Below, in pieces: positions 27,673 through 36,988 of a stretch of DNA of 64,000 nt. The stretch lies in IMG/VR virus record IMGVR_UViG_3300037130_000236. One strand, given 5' to 3'. The number at the start of each line of letters is the position of its first letter. Position 1 is the first letter of the stretch. The position numbers were made by a program, and so were the translations under genes. This DNA is from a virus. The notes beneath the pieces were generated by a model. That model saw only the letters and a list, made by a program, of their open reading frames with translations, did no database searches and was not told where the DNA came from.

Positions 27673-29069
27673 GCAGCCTCCTGCAACTGCGCCTGTTCGG
27701 CCTTCATCGCCGCGATCTTGTCGGCGAAGACTGCCATGACATGGTTGATTTCATCCGGCTTGCGAACCGGAGCAAACAACTCCTTCGGCTTCGGAAACTG
27801 CTGGGCGTCAGAGCTGAATCGGCCGGTAGCAATGGTCGATTTGTCCTCGCCCCCGCTCTTACGGCCTTCCTCTTCTCCCGATCCCAACTGCTTGAAGCGA
27901 GGGTGCCATCTGTTGGTGTTGGGATTGATCCTGTCCACCATGTTCTTGCCATAGGTGGTCGTCATCTTCGTGACATTGGAGAACTCGGCCAGCAGTTTGG
28001 CCAGCTTCCGTTGCCGCGGGGAGAAGTCCTTTTCGTTCTTCGAGACTTCCTTCAGCGACTCACGCTTGATGTTGTCCAGATCAATGTCGATCTCGCGGAG
28101 GGCCGACAGTTTGTCGGCGTTCGACTTGAGGTTGAAGACGTAGGTCAGCTCAGGGATGAGTGTCTCGGCCAGGTCGCCTTGCTCACGCTTCTCTTCGCCG
28201 AAGACATTGAAGATCTCGTTGGCTACGTCGATCTCGTGTTGTTCCCAATACTCGATGATCTGGCGCATGATCGGCAGGCTCAGAGTGACGCCCTCGATCT
28301 CCATCTCCGCAGTTGGGTAGATGACATCGAACTCGTCTTGCGCCACCGTGGTCAGTTGCCAATGCTTCAGCATCCTGGCCTGGTCGCGCATCAGAGGAAA
28401 CATTAGAACGATGTCGCGGGCCGAGTAGTAGGCCATCTCGCGGGTCATCTTCCGGCCGTCATGATCCAGTGTGATGAAACTGTCACGGACGGCCTTGTTG
28501 ATCAGCCAGAATGGTGCATGCCTACGGCTGCAATCAGCCAGACCGACCTTCATAGCCAGCAGGCCGGCAACCAGGAGCTGCTCGGCCAGCATGGAACAGA
28601 AGATGCGCTGCATGTGAATGCCGTATTTCACCAGCAGCCATTTGAAGTCGTAGATCGCGTTATGCAGCAGATGAAGAAAGCAGGCAGACTCCAACCACTC
28701 CTTGAACTCGACAACGAGTTCAGGCTGGATCAGATACACCATGTCCTCATTGCCGATCTGGAACAACACCATCCGTGTATCCGGATTCACCGGATTCATC
28801 GAATAGTATTTGTCGCCCTTGACGACGCGACCTGTGGTTTCGGTGTCAATGCCGTGAACTGGAAGCTTGTTCAGGGTCCGTTTGATCTCCGCCAGATCTC
28901 CTGACGATGAAACAGGAATGATCTGATCGGAGTCCCATGCGCCCGGATCCCATGCTCCTTGCAACCAGTCATGTGTTCCCACGATCTTGTACGCCACTGG
29001 CACATGCATCTCCAATGGAGTACAGACTGGTCCTCTAGCACGGCCGCCAATGCGCGCTCCTTTTGCCAT
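27669..29069 (-). CDS. polA: Family A DNA polymerase, N-terminal fragment (3'-5' exonuclease, thumb)
   Basis: GIDTET ExoI, HNAIYD ExoII, YSARD ExoIII, EMEIEG, FNLKS, ATGRFSS..QQFP. Confidence 0.9.
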   Translation of the reverse strand: MAKGARIGGRARGPVCTPLEMHVPVAYKIVGTHDWLQGAWDPGAWDSDQIIPVSSSGDLAEIKRTLNKLPVHGIDTETTGRVVKGDKYYSMNPVNPDTRMVLFQIGNEDMVYLIQPELVVEFKEWLESACFLHLLHNAIYDFKWLLVKYGIHMQRIFCSMLAEQLLVAGLLAMKVGLADCSRRHAPFWLINKAVRDSFITLDHDGRKMTREMAYYSARDIVLMFPLMRDQARMLKHWQLTTVAQDEFDVIYPTAEMEIEGVTLSLPIMRQIIEYWEQHEIDVANEIFNVFGEEKREQGDLAETLIPELTYVFNLKSNADKLSALREIDIDLDNIKRESLKEVSKNEKDFSPRQRKLAKLLAEFSNVTKMTTTYGKNMVDRINPNTNRWHPRFKQLGSGEEEGRKSGGEDKSTIATGRFSSDAQQFPKPKELFAPVRKPDEINHVMAVFADKIAAMKAEQAQLQEAA

Positions 29070-29851
29070 TACGCTGCCTCGTATGCCGAACTAACTGTAT
29101 GTTTGCCGATCCGGCGCAATACCTCGGTGAGAATGGGCACGGAAAGATCGCCCGGTGTCATGTGGTCCCAAACGTCCACGATGAAGGTGCGAGGAAGGGC
29201 CTGCAGGTAGTGCAGGTAGGCGTCCTGGATGCGCCGTTGGTCTTCGACGTTGTTCCATGCCTTGCCGTCCTGCTTGCCCGCCTCAGAGCCTTGGCGTGCC
29301 TTTCCACGGGCCAGAGCCCAGGAGATGTCCTCGCGCATGGGACCAGCGATGCTGATCTCGCCTGAGACATCCAGGTTCGCGTGACTTGGCACCAGGACTT
29401 GCTTGCCGCGGGCAATCAAAAGAACGGTCATATCCGGAATGATGCCGTACTGCTGCTCGAACAAGTCCATCACCCACTGGGGACAATTCTTGCTGGCCGA
29501 GGCGTTGTAGGCCCACTGCGAATCGGCATATCGATCCGAGACGACGATCCTGCCGGCGCTGACAGCCTCTTCGATGTCGCCGGCGGTCTGGATATGGTCA
29601 GCCAGGAACAGCAGGTCAGCCACACCTGGCCGCATCTTCAGGGTTGTTGGGTCTTTGAAGACCAGGTTGCGGACGCCGGCGCCAACATTGGAGCCGGTGT
29701 TTCGGTCGCCGGGCTCCTTGGTAAGGAGCACGTCATAGCCGGACTGGTCGAGGTTCTCAACCAGCTTCTTGGCCTGCGTCGTCTTGCCCAGACCATCGAT
29801 GCTCTCGAAAGAGATGAAGAAACCGCGCTCGCCCTTCAGGATCAGAACCAT
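29069..29851 (-). CDS. tmk: Thymidylate kinase
   Basis: FISFESIDGLGKTTQ, TKEPG, LLFLADH, SDRY. Confidence 0.9.
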   Translation of the reverse strand: MVLILKGERGFFISFESIDGLGKTTQAKKLVENLDQSGYDVLLTKEPGDRNTGSNVGAGVRNLVFKDPTTLKMRPGVADLLFLADHIQTAGDIEEAVSAGRIVVSDRYADSQWAYNASASKNCPQWVMDLFEQQYGIIPDMTVLLIARGKQVLVPSHANLDVSGEISIAGPMREDISWALARGKARQGSEAGKQDGKAWNNVEDQRRIQDAYLHYLQALPRTFIVDVWDHMTPGDLSVPILTEVLRRIGKHTVSSAYEAA

Positions 29852-30348
29852 TAGGCTGCCGCCTTGTTGGAAAGATTCTGCAGGTACTGATCGACCTGCT
29901 GGGCCAGCACGCCATCAATGGCAGCCGGTGAATAGGTGCTGGGCTTGATGACTTTGCCATCTTCCCGCTTGTGAATGGCGCCATCAGGCCAGACCTTGGA
30001 CAGGTTGCTCCGCTGGATCTCGTCCCAGACGGGTTCCACCTGGATACCGAGAGCATTTGCGGCGCCGTAGGTGACCACCAAGGTGTCACCGATCGCGTCG
30101 GCCATCTCGACCAGGTTGGGCGTGGCCGTTTCGTCGATGACCACATAGGGGCCGATCCCTTTGTCCAACAACGGAACGGAACAACCTGCAGCCTCGACAA
30201 ACTCCATTGCCTCTTCAAAGATCAGCCGGGCCCGCAGCAGCAACGTCACCCGATCGGGAATGCTCGGGAACTCCCGAACCTCCTGGTCATACAACTTCAT
30301 CAGCTCCGCGATGTCCTGCTGAGGCTGGTAAACAGTTTCACCAATCAT
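29851..30348 (-). CDS. MazG-like (dimeric dUTPase-type) NTP pyrophosphohydrolase
   Basis: LIFEEAMEF...EMADAIGD...EIQRSNLSK...DGKVIKP. Confidence 0.85.
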   Translation of the reverse strand: MIGETVYQPQQDIAELMKLYDQEVREFPSIPDRVTLLLRARLIFEEAMEFVEAAGCSVPLLDKGIGPYVVIDETATPNLVEMADAIGDTLVVTYGAANALGIQVEPVWDEIQRSNLSKVWPDGAIHKREDGKVIKPSTYSPAAIDGVLAQQVDQYLQNLSNKAAA

Positions 30349-30356
30349 GCCTGCTC

Positions 30357-30644
30357 CTACTCCGTGATGATCTTGATCGTTGCTTTGTGGTCAACGGTGA
30401 CCGCTTGTGTGACCCCAACTACGGGATCGATCTCGACTTTGTGTTCTCCGTCAAACTGCCAGTCCACACACTCATCGTTGTCGCCGTCATACCAGTCTTC
30501 TTCGTGACCTTCCGCACCATCTTCGAAGCCACGGACGACTTGTTCGGCGGCTTCCTGCGCCGAGGAAGCTTCGACTGACTGGATGATGGTGTAGATTTCC
30601 TGTGAGCCGTCTAAGAGGGCTCCGACTCGCACGTCATAAATCAT
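30357..30644 (-). CDS. Acidic hypothetical protein
   Basis: 95-aa ORF with AGGA SD. Confidence 0.65.
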   Translation of the reverse strand: MIYDVRVGALLDGSQEIYTIIQSVEASSAQEAAEQVVRGFEDGAEGHEEDWYDGDNDECVDWQFDGEHKVEIDPVVGVTQAVTVDHKATIKIITE

Positions 30645-30651
30645 TTGGGTC

Positions 30652-30912
30652 CTATTTCTGCAGCTTGGAGTAATCCACCACCGGAAGAGTCGCCAGCTCG
30701 TCTCGGTGAATCACCAGAGTCACGATCTCGCAATCTCCGTAGGGATAATGCTCCTGATACCGCTTGAACTGTTGGTTGACCATGACGACGTGGTTCTTCA
30801 AAGAACCCGGTCTGGTCCATATCTTGCCGACCGTGTTGAAGCTCGGCCAGGTTCCGCCCGTGGAGTAAAGCCCATCCGACTTCCGCCGGATCTGATACAT
30901 CTTGTCAGCCAT
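30652..30912 (-). CDS. Hypothetical protein
   Basis: Start MADKMY at 30912, GGAGGG SD. Confidence 0.65.
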   Translation of the reverse strand: MADKMYQIRRKSDGLYSTGGTWPSFNTVGKIWTRPGSLKNHVVMVNQQFKRYQEHYPYGDCEIVTLVIHRDELATLPVVDYSKLQK

Positions 30913-31316
30913 CAACCCTCCTGACGGGTCCAAGTGCGCAGGACGCCATCGGCGGCGCACCAGGCTTGGAAGAGAGATGTCACCCGTTCCTCGATTGAAC
31001 GATCGGACTGGTCGATGACCACACCCTCCTGGGTAAACATCAGGCCATAGGTGCGAAGCAGGCTCTGAACGAGCCCCATCTGCAGTCCCATGCCAGACTT
31101 CTGGAGAGTCCCCAGAATCAAGCCGGCATCGGTGAGGAAGATCTTCTTGCGCTTCCCGCGCGTGTAAGCGTAGAAAGCAAATGGACTTCCGTTCCGGTCC
31201 CTGAACTGGGTAGTGATCTTGATGAGATTGCCCATACCGGGCGCAGGTTCGAGCTCGACCTTGGAAGCTGCATTCTGCAAGGCTTCCATGACTTGCTTCA
31301 TATCTTGTGGGTTCAT
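30912..31316 (-). CDS. DUF1828-like protein
   Basis: ITTQFRDRNG...FLTDAG pattern. Confidence 0.45.
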   Translation of the reverse strand: MNPQDMKQVMEALQNAASKVELEPAPGMGNLIKITTQFRDRNGSPFAFYAYTRGKRKKIFLTDAGLILGTLQKSGMGLQMGLVQSLLRTYGLMFTQEGVVIDQSDRSIEERVTSLFQAWCAADGVLRTWTRQEG

Positions 31317-31555
31317 TTTTCGAGTGGCAGGACTTCCTGAATGTTCAGTTCTGCTTCCCCTGTCTTGAAGGCATGGAGGATCTGGTGAGCAACACCACTC
31401 GGCGCGGCAAACCGGAGGGTGACAACCCGAATGTCCGAGCCATCCCGTGGCTTGGAGATCTCAGAATCCGCCACGATCTCTTTGCTGTTGAACAGTGGAA
31501 TGCCATTCCGATAGATAGCGTTGACGAGCAAGCGAACTTTGTCGCTGAGTGCCAT
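31313..31555 (-). CDS. Hypothetical protein
   Basis: 80 aa, GGAGG SD. Confidence 0.65.
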   Translation of the reverse strand: MALSDKVRLLVNAIYRNGIPLFNSKEIVADSEISKPRDGSDIRVVTLRFAAPSGVAHQILHAFKTGEAELNIQEVLPLEK

Positions 31556-31638
31556 TGTTGTTCACCTCCCAGGTGAGATTGCGGGTTTGAATGGGCCCAG
31601 TATGTCCCGAGCCCATCCAACTACCAAATGTTCAAAGT

Positions 31639-34494
31639 TCAGGAGCATCCAGAAGAGCTGCCACACTCCAGGCACTTGTAACAAGCGCCGTTGCGGACCA
31701 TAATGCAGCCACAAACTTGGCACGCCGGCGCGTCGGTCATACTCATGACAGCTGACAACGCCTGCACTGCGCCGCTGGTAGGCCGAGGGGCTTCGTCCTC
31801 GATGACCAGCTCCGGGATCGGATGCTCAGGGAACAGCTTGCCCTGATGCGGCTTGAGGAACCGATGTTCCAGCCATCGGGCAACGTAGTCCATGATGGAC
31901 TTCGCATAGCCGATCTCGGGATTACCAGTCCATCCGCTGGGTTCAAACCGGGTGTGAGCCAGCTTCCCGACCAGCGTCTCCAAGGGCACGCCATGCTGGA
32001 GTGCAATCGAGAACACCAGGGCAAACGAGTCCATGAAGCCGGAGATGGTCGAGCCTTCCTTGGCCATGGCAATGAAGATCTCACCAGGCTGGCCGTGCTC
32101 GTAGAGTCCGACCGTCAGGTAACCCTCATGTCCCGCGATGGCGAACTTGTGGGTCATGGCCGGCCGAGTATCCGGCAGACGATGGCGCACGGCGCGCGGC
32201 GGCGCATTCGGATCATCCAGAGTCGTTTCAGCAGCAGCCTTGGCATCGAGCTCGTTCAGAATGTCCTGAACTGTCTCGGCCTTCTTGTTTTCCTTGCTGG
32301 TCACCAGCACCTGGTTGGACTTCGAGCCATCGCGGTAGATTGCAACAGCCTTCAGGCCCAGCTTCCAAGCCTGCATATAAGCATCCTCGATCTCCTCGAC
32401 GGTTGCCGTGGCAGGCATGTTCACGGTCTTCGAGATTGCGCCGGAAAGAAAGGGCTGCGTGGCCGCCATCATCTTGACGTGTCCCATGTATTGAATGAAT
32501 CGCTCGCCCTTGGTCGGCTTGAAAGCCGTGTCGAAGACAGCCAGGTGTTCAGCCTTCAGCGTCGTTCCTTCCAGGCACCCGAACTTGTCGATGTAGACGA
32601 TGAAATCGTCGATCTTCTGATGGCCGTAGCCAAGCTTTTCCAGTGCCTGGGTAACGGTCTCGTTGACGATCTTGAGCTGTCCACCGCCGACCAACTTCTT
32701 GTACTTGACCAAAGCCAGCTCAGGTTCAATGCCTGTGGTATCGCAGTCCATGAGGAACCCGATGGTGCCGGTGGGCGCCAGGACCGAGACTTGGGCATTG
32801 CGGTAGCCGTAATTGAAGCCCTGATCGTAGGCAGTCTGCCAGTTGGACACCGCTGCACTGAACAGATCGTTCGGAATGGCGCTGCGGTCGATATGATCCA
32901 GGGCCTCGTTGTGCATCCGGATCACGTCCAGGAAGGACTCCTTGTTGCTGAACCAACCGGGGCAAGCCCCTGTGTCTCCGGACCTCAAGCCTGTAGCCGA
33001 CTGCAGAGGTGCCAGATTCTCAGCCAGGAAGGCCGAGGTGGCGTAGGACCGTCCTGTCATGATCGCGGTGATCACCGCGGCATAGCTGCGGCCTTCATCG
33101 GAGTCATAAGGCAGGCCGAGGGCCATCAGAAGCGCGCCAAGATTGGCATATCCCAGCCCCAAAGGCCTGTAGTCATGCGAGTTCTTTGCGATGCGCTCAG
33201 TCGGATACCCAGACAGATCGACCAGAATGTCCTGCGCGATCGTGAACAGAGTCACCGCTTGCTCGAATGCCTTGACATCGAAAACGCCGTTCCTGAGGAA
33301 CTTCAACAGATTCAGCGAAGCCAGATTGCAGGCCGAATCGTCCAAAAAGAGGTATTCGGAGCAGGGATTCGAGGCGTTGATGCGGCCGCTCTCCTTGCAG
33401 GTATGCCACTTGTTGATGGTGTCATCGAACTGCATTCCCGGATCGCCGCACTCCCATGTGGCATGAGCGATTCTGTGCATCAGGTCGCGCGCGCGGTAGT
33501 TTTCGACCTCTTCTCTGGTTTTGACGGTCAATGTGCAGAAGTTGAGGTCTTTTTCGACCGCGTACATGAATTGATCGCTCACGCGCACCGAGTTGTTGGC
33601 ATTCTGATAGAACACCGAAGCGTACGCCGGACTGTCCGGCCCGCTCGTTCCGTCATAGCCTTCGCGCATCAGCGCCTGGGCCTTCTTGTCCTCCAGCAAC
33701 TTGCACTCGATGAAGTCCACGATGTCGGGATGCTCGATGTCCAGGATGGCCATCTTGGCCGCACGCCGCGTCTTGCCGCCTGACTTGATCACGCCGGCGA
33801 AAGCATCCAGGCCCTTCATAAAGGACAGTGGGCCGCTGGCGACACCGCCGCCTGATACCGACTCCTTGCTGGACCGCAGAGGACTGAAGTTGGTCCCGGT
33901 CCCGGAGCCAAACTTGAACAGAAGAGCCTCGGTCCTGGCCAAGGCCATGATCTCTTCCATCGAATCTCCGACGGAGTTGATGAAGCATGCCGAGCATTGA
34001 GGATTCTTGTAGCCTGTGGCGCCGTGAACGGTGGCCATGAGAGTGCTGTCCGGATACATAGGACCCCAGTGCCAACTCCCTGCCTGGGCATTGGGCTCGT
34101 ACTGGTCGCAGCCCACGTTAAACCACACCGGAGAATTGAAGGCTCCATACTGGTTGAGGAGCAGGAACGCCAACTCATGGGCAAATATCTCGGCGTTCTC
34201 GTTGTCGAAATAGCCCTGGGCAATACCGGCAGCGGTGATGGTCTTCACAACGCGGCGAACAAGCTGATCAACGCCAGTCTCGCGCTCGGCGGTTTCAAGC
34301 TTCCCGTAGAAATACTTGCTGACCACGATGTTGGTTGCGGTCACCGACCAGCTTTCGGGAACACGCACACCCTTCTGTTCGAAGATCACTTCACCTTTGA
34401 AGTTGGTGATCCGAGCGGTGCGTTCTTCCCACTTGATGGCGGTATACGGATCTTCACCCTTGGTGAAGTACCGATTGACCTCGATTTGATTCAC
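31639..34494 (-). CDS. nrdJ: Class II (B12-dependent) ribonucleotide reductase with TSCPD and Zn-ribbon tail
   Basis: FNSP, SACFI, GGKTRRAAKM, NASNPCSEY, APTGTI, YRDGSK, C-terminal CQVC...CLEC; GTG start 34494 with AAAGGA SD (alternative 34515). Confidence 0.95.
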   Translation of the reverse strand: MNQIEVNRYFTKGEDPYTAIKWEERTARITNFKGEVIFEQKGVRVPESWSVTATNIVVSKYFYGKLETAERETGVDQLVRRVVKTITAAGIAQGYFDNENAEIFAHELAFLLLNQYGAFNSPVWFNVGCDQYEPNAQAGSWHWGPMYPDSTLMATVHGATGYKNPQCSACFINSVGDSMEEIMALARTEALLFKFGSGTGTNFSPLRSSKESVSGGGVASGPLSFMKGLDAFAGVIKSGGKTRRAAKMAILDIEHPDIVDFIECKLLEDKKAQALMREGYDGTSGPDSPAYASVFYQNANNSVRVSDQFMYAVEKDLNFCTLTVKTREEVENYRARDLMHRIAHATWECGDPGMQFDDTINKWHTCKESGRINASNPCSEYLFLDDSACNLASLNLLKFLRNGVFDVKAFEQAVTLFTIAQDILVDLSGYPTERIAKNSHDYRPLGLGYANLGALLMALGLPYDSDEGRSYAAVITAIMTGRSYATSAFLAENLAPLQSATGLRSGDTGACPGWFSNKESFLDVIRMHNEALDHIDRSAIPNDLFSAAVSNWQTAYDQGFNYGYRNAQVSVLAPTGTIGFLMDCDTTGIEPELALVKYKKLVGGGQLKIVNETVTQALEKLGYGHQKIDDFIVYIDKFGCLEGTTLKAEHLAVFDTAFKPTKGERFIQYMGHVKMMAATQPFLSGAISKTVNMPATATVEEIEDAYMQAWKLGLKAVAIYRDGSKSNQVLVTSKENKKAETVQDILNELDAKAAAETTLDDPNAPPRAVRHRLPDTRPAMTHKFAIAGHEGYLTVGLYEHGQPGEIFIAMAKEGSTISGFMDSFALVFSIALQHGVPLETLVGKLAHTRFEPSGWTGNPEIGYAKSIMDYVARWLEHRFLKPHQGKLFPEHPIPELVIEDEAPRPTSGAVQALSAVMSMTDAPACQVCGCIMVRNGACYKCLECGSSSGCS

Positions 34495-34541
34495 GATGCT
34501 TCCTTTCATTGACACCTTACCTGCCCTCCGTTTGTTCCGCG

Positions 34542-34558
34542 ATCAGGTAAATCCCCTA
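34542..34558 (-). promoter_or_regulatory. Candidate directional motif upstream of nrdJ
   Basis: Minus strand TAGGGGATTTACCTGAT. Confidence 0.4.
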
Positions 34559-34562
34559 TGAG

Positions 34563-34781
34563 CTACCTGACTGTCGTGAAATGACCGCACTTTCGACAAA
34601 GCACTTCTGTCCAGCCTGTTAATGGTTTGTCGAACAGTATCTGGTCACCGCAACAGCCCGTTGCAGTCTCATACCAGCCAACCGATCCGCGGGGAAGCCG
34701 GGGATCGGGAGCGCCACTGAGCAAAAGGGCAAGCTGATCTCCGATTGTCATGAACGTGCAGACTGCATCAGCCACTGGCAA
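34563..34781 (-). CDS. Small Cys-containing hypothetical protein
   Basis: CC...CRKC. Confidence 0.55.
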   Translation of the reverse strand: MPVADAVCTFMTIGDQLALLLSGAPDPRLPRGSVGWYETATGCCGDQILFDKPLTGWTEVLCRKCGHFTTVR

Positions 34782-34989
34782 GCTCCTTTGCGTGGTTCAG
34801 AGCGTCCACGGCATCTTCAGCAAGACCGTACTCGTGATTGGAGGGATATTCGATTTCTTCGCCGTCAGGACCGATCAGGTTGAGCGACCCTGATTCGAAC
34901 TCGATAGCGATCGTCACCTGATAACCCGCGGGCAATTCACGAGCACATTGCTCAAGGCATGCATTGAGTTCTTCTGGTCTATGGGACAT
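34768..34989 (-). CDS. Hypothetical protein
   Basis: 73-aa ORF in operon. Confidence 0.6.
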   Translation of the reverse strand: MSHRPEELNACLEQCARELPAGYQVTIAIEFESGSLNLIGPDGEEIEYPSNHEYGLAEDAVDALNHAKELASG

Positions 34990-35014
34990 AGCCAGTCCTG
35001 CCTTTCATGTTGAG

Positions 35015-35290
35015 TTAGCTGTTCAGGAAGTCGGCGATCGCGCCGGCGATGCGAGGATCGGCAAGACTGGCGATGGTCCTCGAATTGTTGTCGATCAGAT
35101 AGTGGATCTCCGAATGACTGAGCACTGTAACCGGGGGTGCGTAATAGAGCCGGGCCAAAGCCAAGGAGGCATTTGCCCTCCGGGCTGCTCGCTTTTGCTG
35201 CACACGAACAGCTGCCGCCAGTTGTTCTCGCCGAGGAATACTGGTTGAAAGAGGAGTTGAAGGTCGCTCTTCGTACCCGTGCCAGCTCAT
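35015..35290 (-). CDS. Hypothetical protein
   Basis: Start MSWHGY at 35290 with AGGAG SD, ATGA coupling. Confidence 0.55.
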   Translation of the reverse strand: MSWHGYEERPSTPLSTSIPRREQLAAAVRVQQKRAARRANASLALARLYYAPPVTVLSHSEIHYLIDNNSRTIASLADPRIAGAIADFLNS

Positions 35291-35502
35291 AGCACTCCTT
35301 TGAAAACAGGCGGATGCTTGAAACGCTGGCAAGCGCCTGACTCCCGATGAAGGTGTGCCTGGCCGGTGTACCGGCAACGCCAGCACACGCGGCGCCAGTC
35401 GGATGACTTGACGCCGCGCAGAAGCCACCACCAGAACTGGGAGTTGAACGGCCAGTGGTGGCGTTTGATGACCTTGTGGGGTTCCCAAAAGAGCTTAGGC
35501 AT
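35287..35502 (-). CDS. Trp/Arg-rich small protein
   Basis: 71 aa, CxxC...H...C. Confidence 0.55.
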   Translation of the reverse strand: MPKLFWEPHKVIKRHHWPFNSQFWWWLLRGVKSSDWRRVCWRCRYTGQAHLHRESGACQRFKHPPVFKGVL

Positions 35503-36589
35503 CGTCCTCGTCGGTCGTACTCTGCTTGAACTTCAGGGTGTCGTAGGCGTCGGCTGCATCCTTGTCTGCGCGCGGTCCCTTGTAGACCGGCTGGAAGAGC
35601 GAGCCGCCTGGGAAGGCATAGAGGTATTCAACCTCCACGATGTTGCCGGCCTCGGGAACCTCATAGTTGGCCGGGATCGTGACATTGCCTACTGTTCTGA
35701 CCCAGGTCGCATCCTGAACAAGGCCGACCTCGACCGAACGCTTGCCTTGGTTCTGCTGAATGACTTGACAGGTTGCCGAGCCCTTGAACTTGAACTTGAG
35801 CTGGTTGCCGCCGGAGTTCGGCCGGCCGGGCACGTACCTGGAGCCCAGCTTCTTGAAGACCACGCCTTCACCGCGCTCGGCTTTGATCTTGTCGAAGAGG
35901 GCGCGCTTGGTCTCGGGTGTGTAAGCCGTCGTCAGGAACCCGATCGCCGGCAAGGATGTCGTCCCCAACAGGCCCTCCAACAATGACCAGCGGTTCTCAA
36001 CAGGCATGCCGGTCGTATCCTGGCCGCCGTAACGAAGGACATCGAAGGGCCAGTACACGTCGCCAATCGCTTCGCCGTCGAGGATGAAGTCAGCATCCCG
36101 CTTGGTGCGAAGACTCAGAACGCCGGCGGCGATGGACTGGGAAACAGCAACGATCAAACCCTTGCGGTTGCCGCCGGTGATTTGGTCACCAACGCGCGTG
36201 ACAAACTGACGGACGCCGTCCTTTTTCTCCTGCATGCAGTAGTTCTCGCTGTCGAGCAGAAACTCCACCTGCTCTTCATCGACAGCGTTCAGGAGCTGCG
36301 GAATCAACCCGCTCTGCTGGCCAGCTAGCTCGCTGCCGGCGTAGGGCGTGCCCTCTTCGCCCTCGGAATAGCCTTTGCCCTTCTTCTCGGCTACGAGCTT
36401 GTCGTAGACCTTCTGTGCCGCGGCCAGGGCTACCGGCGTTGCGGTCTTGCTTCCGCTGTTCAGCGTCGAACCCCGCCGACCGTACTGGAAATTGACAACA
36501 TATCCGTTGTCTTTCTCCTCGATCTGGGCGTGGTAAACCTTGTCAGAGCTGCCGTCGCGGTACGCGAGGCTGATTGACTGCACACTCAT
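35495..36589 (-). CDS. WGR-domain ATP-dependent ligase (nucleotidyltransferase plus OB fold)
   Basis: N-terminal SDKVY...QYGRRG WGR; QEKKDG motif I, LDGE, FDVL, EGVVFK, KFKF. Confidence 0.85.
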   Translation of the reverse strand: MSVQSISLAYRDGSSDKVYHAQIEEKDNGYVVNFQYGRRGSTLNSGSKTATPVALAAAQKVYDKLVAEKKGKGYSEGEEGTPYAGSELAGQQSGLIPQLLNAVDEEQVEFLLDSENYCMQEKKDGVRQFVTRVGDQITGGNRKGLIVAVSQSIAAGVLSLRTKRDADFILDGEAIGDVYWPFDVLRYGGQDTTGMPVENRWSLLEGLLGTTSLPAIGFLTTAYTPETKRALFDKIKAERGEGVVFKKLGSRYVPGRPNSGGNQLKFKFKGSATCQVIQQNQGKRSVEVGLVQDATWVRTVGNVTIPANYEVPEAGNIVEVEYLYAFPGGSLFQPVYKGPRADKDAADAYDTLKFKQSTTDEDDA

Positions 36590-36604
36590 TCTCTTTCTCC
36601 AATT

Positions 36605-36988
36605 TCAATCTGTGCCTGTCGGCAACATGGCGATTCCCGCCTGAGCTTTCAGGACATTGCGTTTGCGGAAGTGATCCGCCGGGAGAGCCAGCACGCGGTC
36701 CAGCTCTTGCTTTGTCAGCTTCTGGAAGTCCAGTGACAAAGCTCCACACAACCCAAGGAGGGTGATGCCAACTCCACCCATCTCCTGTTCAACCTTGCCG
36801 ACCGGCCGGGAGTAGACGTGGTTGACAATGCGAAGGGCATCCTCGTGAGGAACGCCCATCGCCTGGTTCAACTCGACCACCTCTTCCAGGAAGCGCCGGC
36901 CGCGTTCATGCTTGTCGCGGAAGACCTCCCACCCAAAACTGCTGGTGATCCAGCTCACGGTTCTGGCTGTCAGTTCATTGAGCTGCAT
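36605..36988 (-). CDS. MazG-like NTP pyrophosphohydrolase
   Basis: RFLEEVVEL...EQEMGG all-alpha pattern. Confidence 0.55.
   Translation of the reverse strand: MQLNELTARTVSWITSSFGWEVFRDKHERGRRFLEEVVELNQAMGVPHEDALRIVNHVYSRPVGKVEQEMGGVGITLLGLCGALSLDFQKLTKQELDRVLALPADHFRKRNVLKAQAGIAMLPTGTD

Noticed and set aside
31639-34494. Intein or intron in nrdJ
   Set aside because: Continuous ORF of normal class II length with motifs in order.
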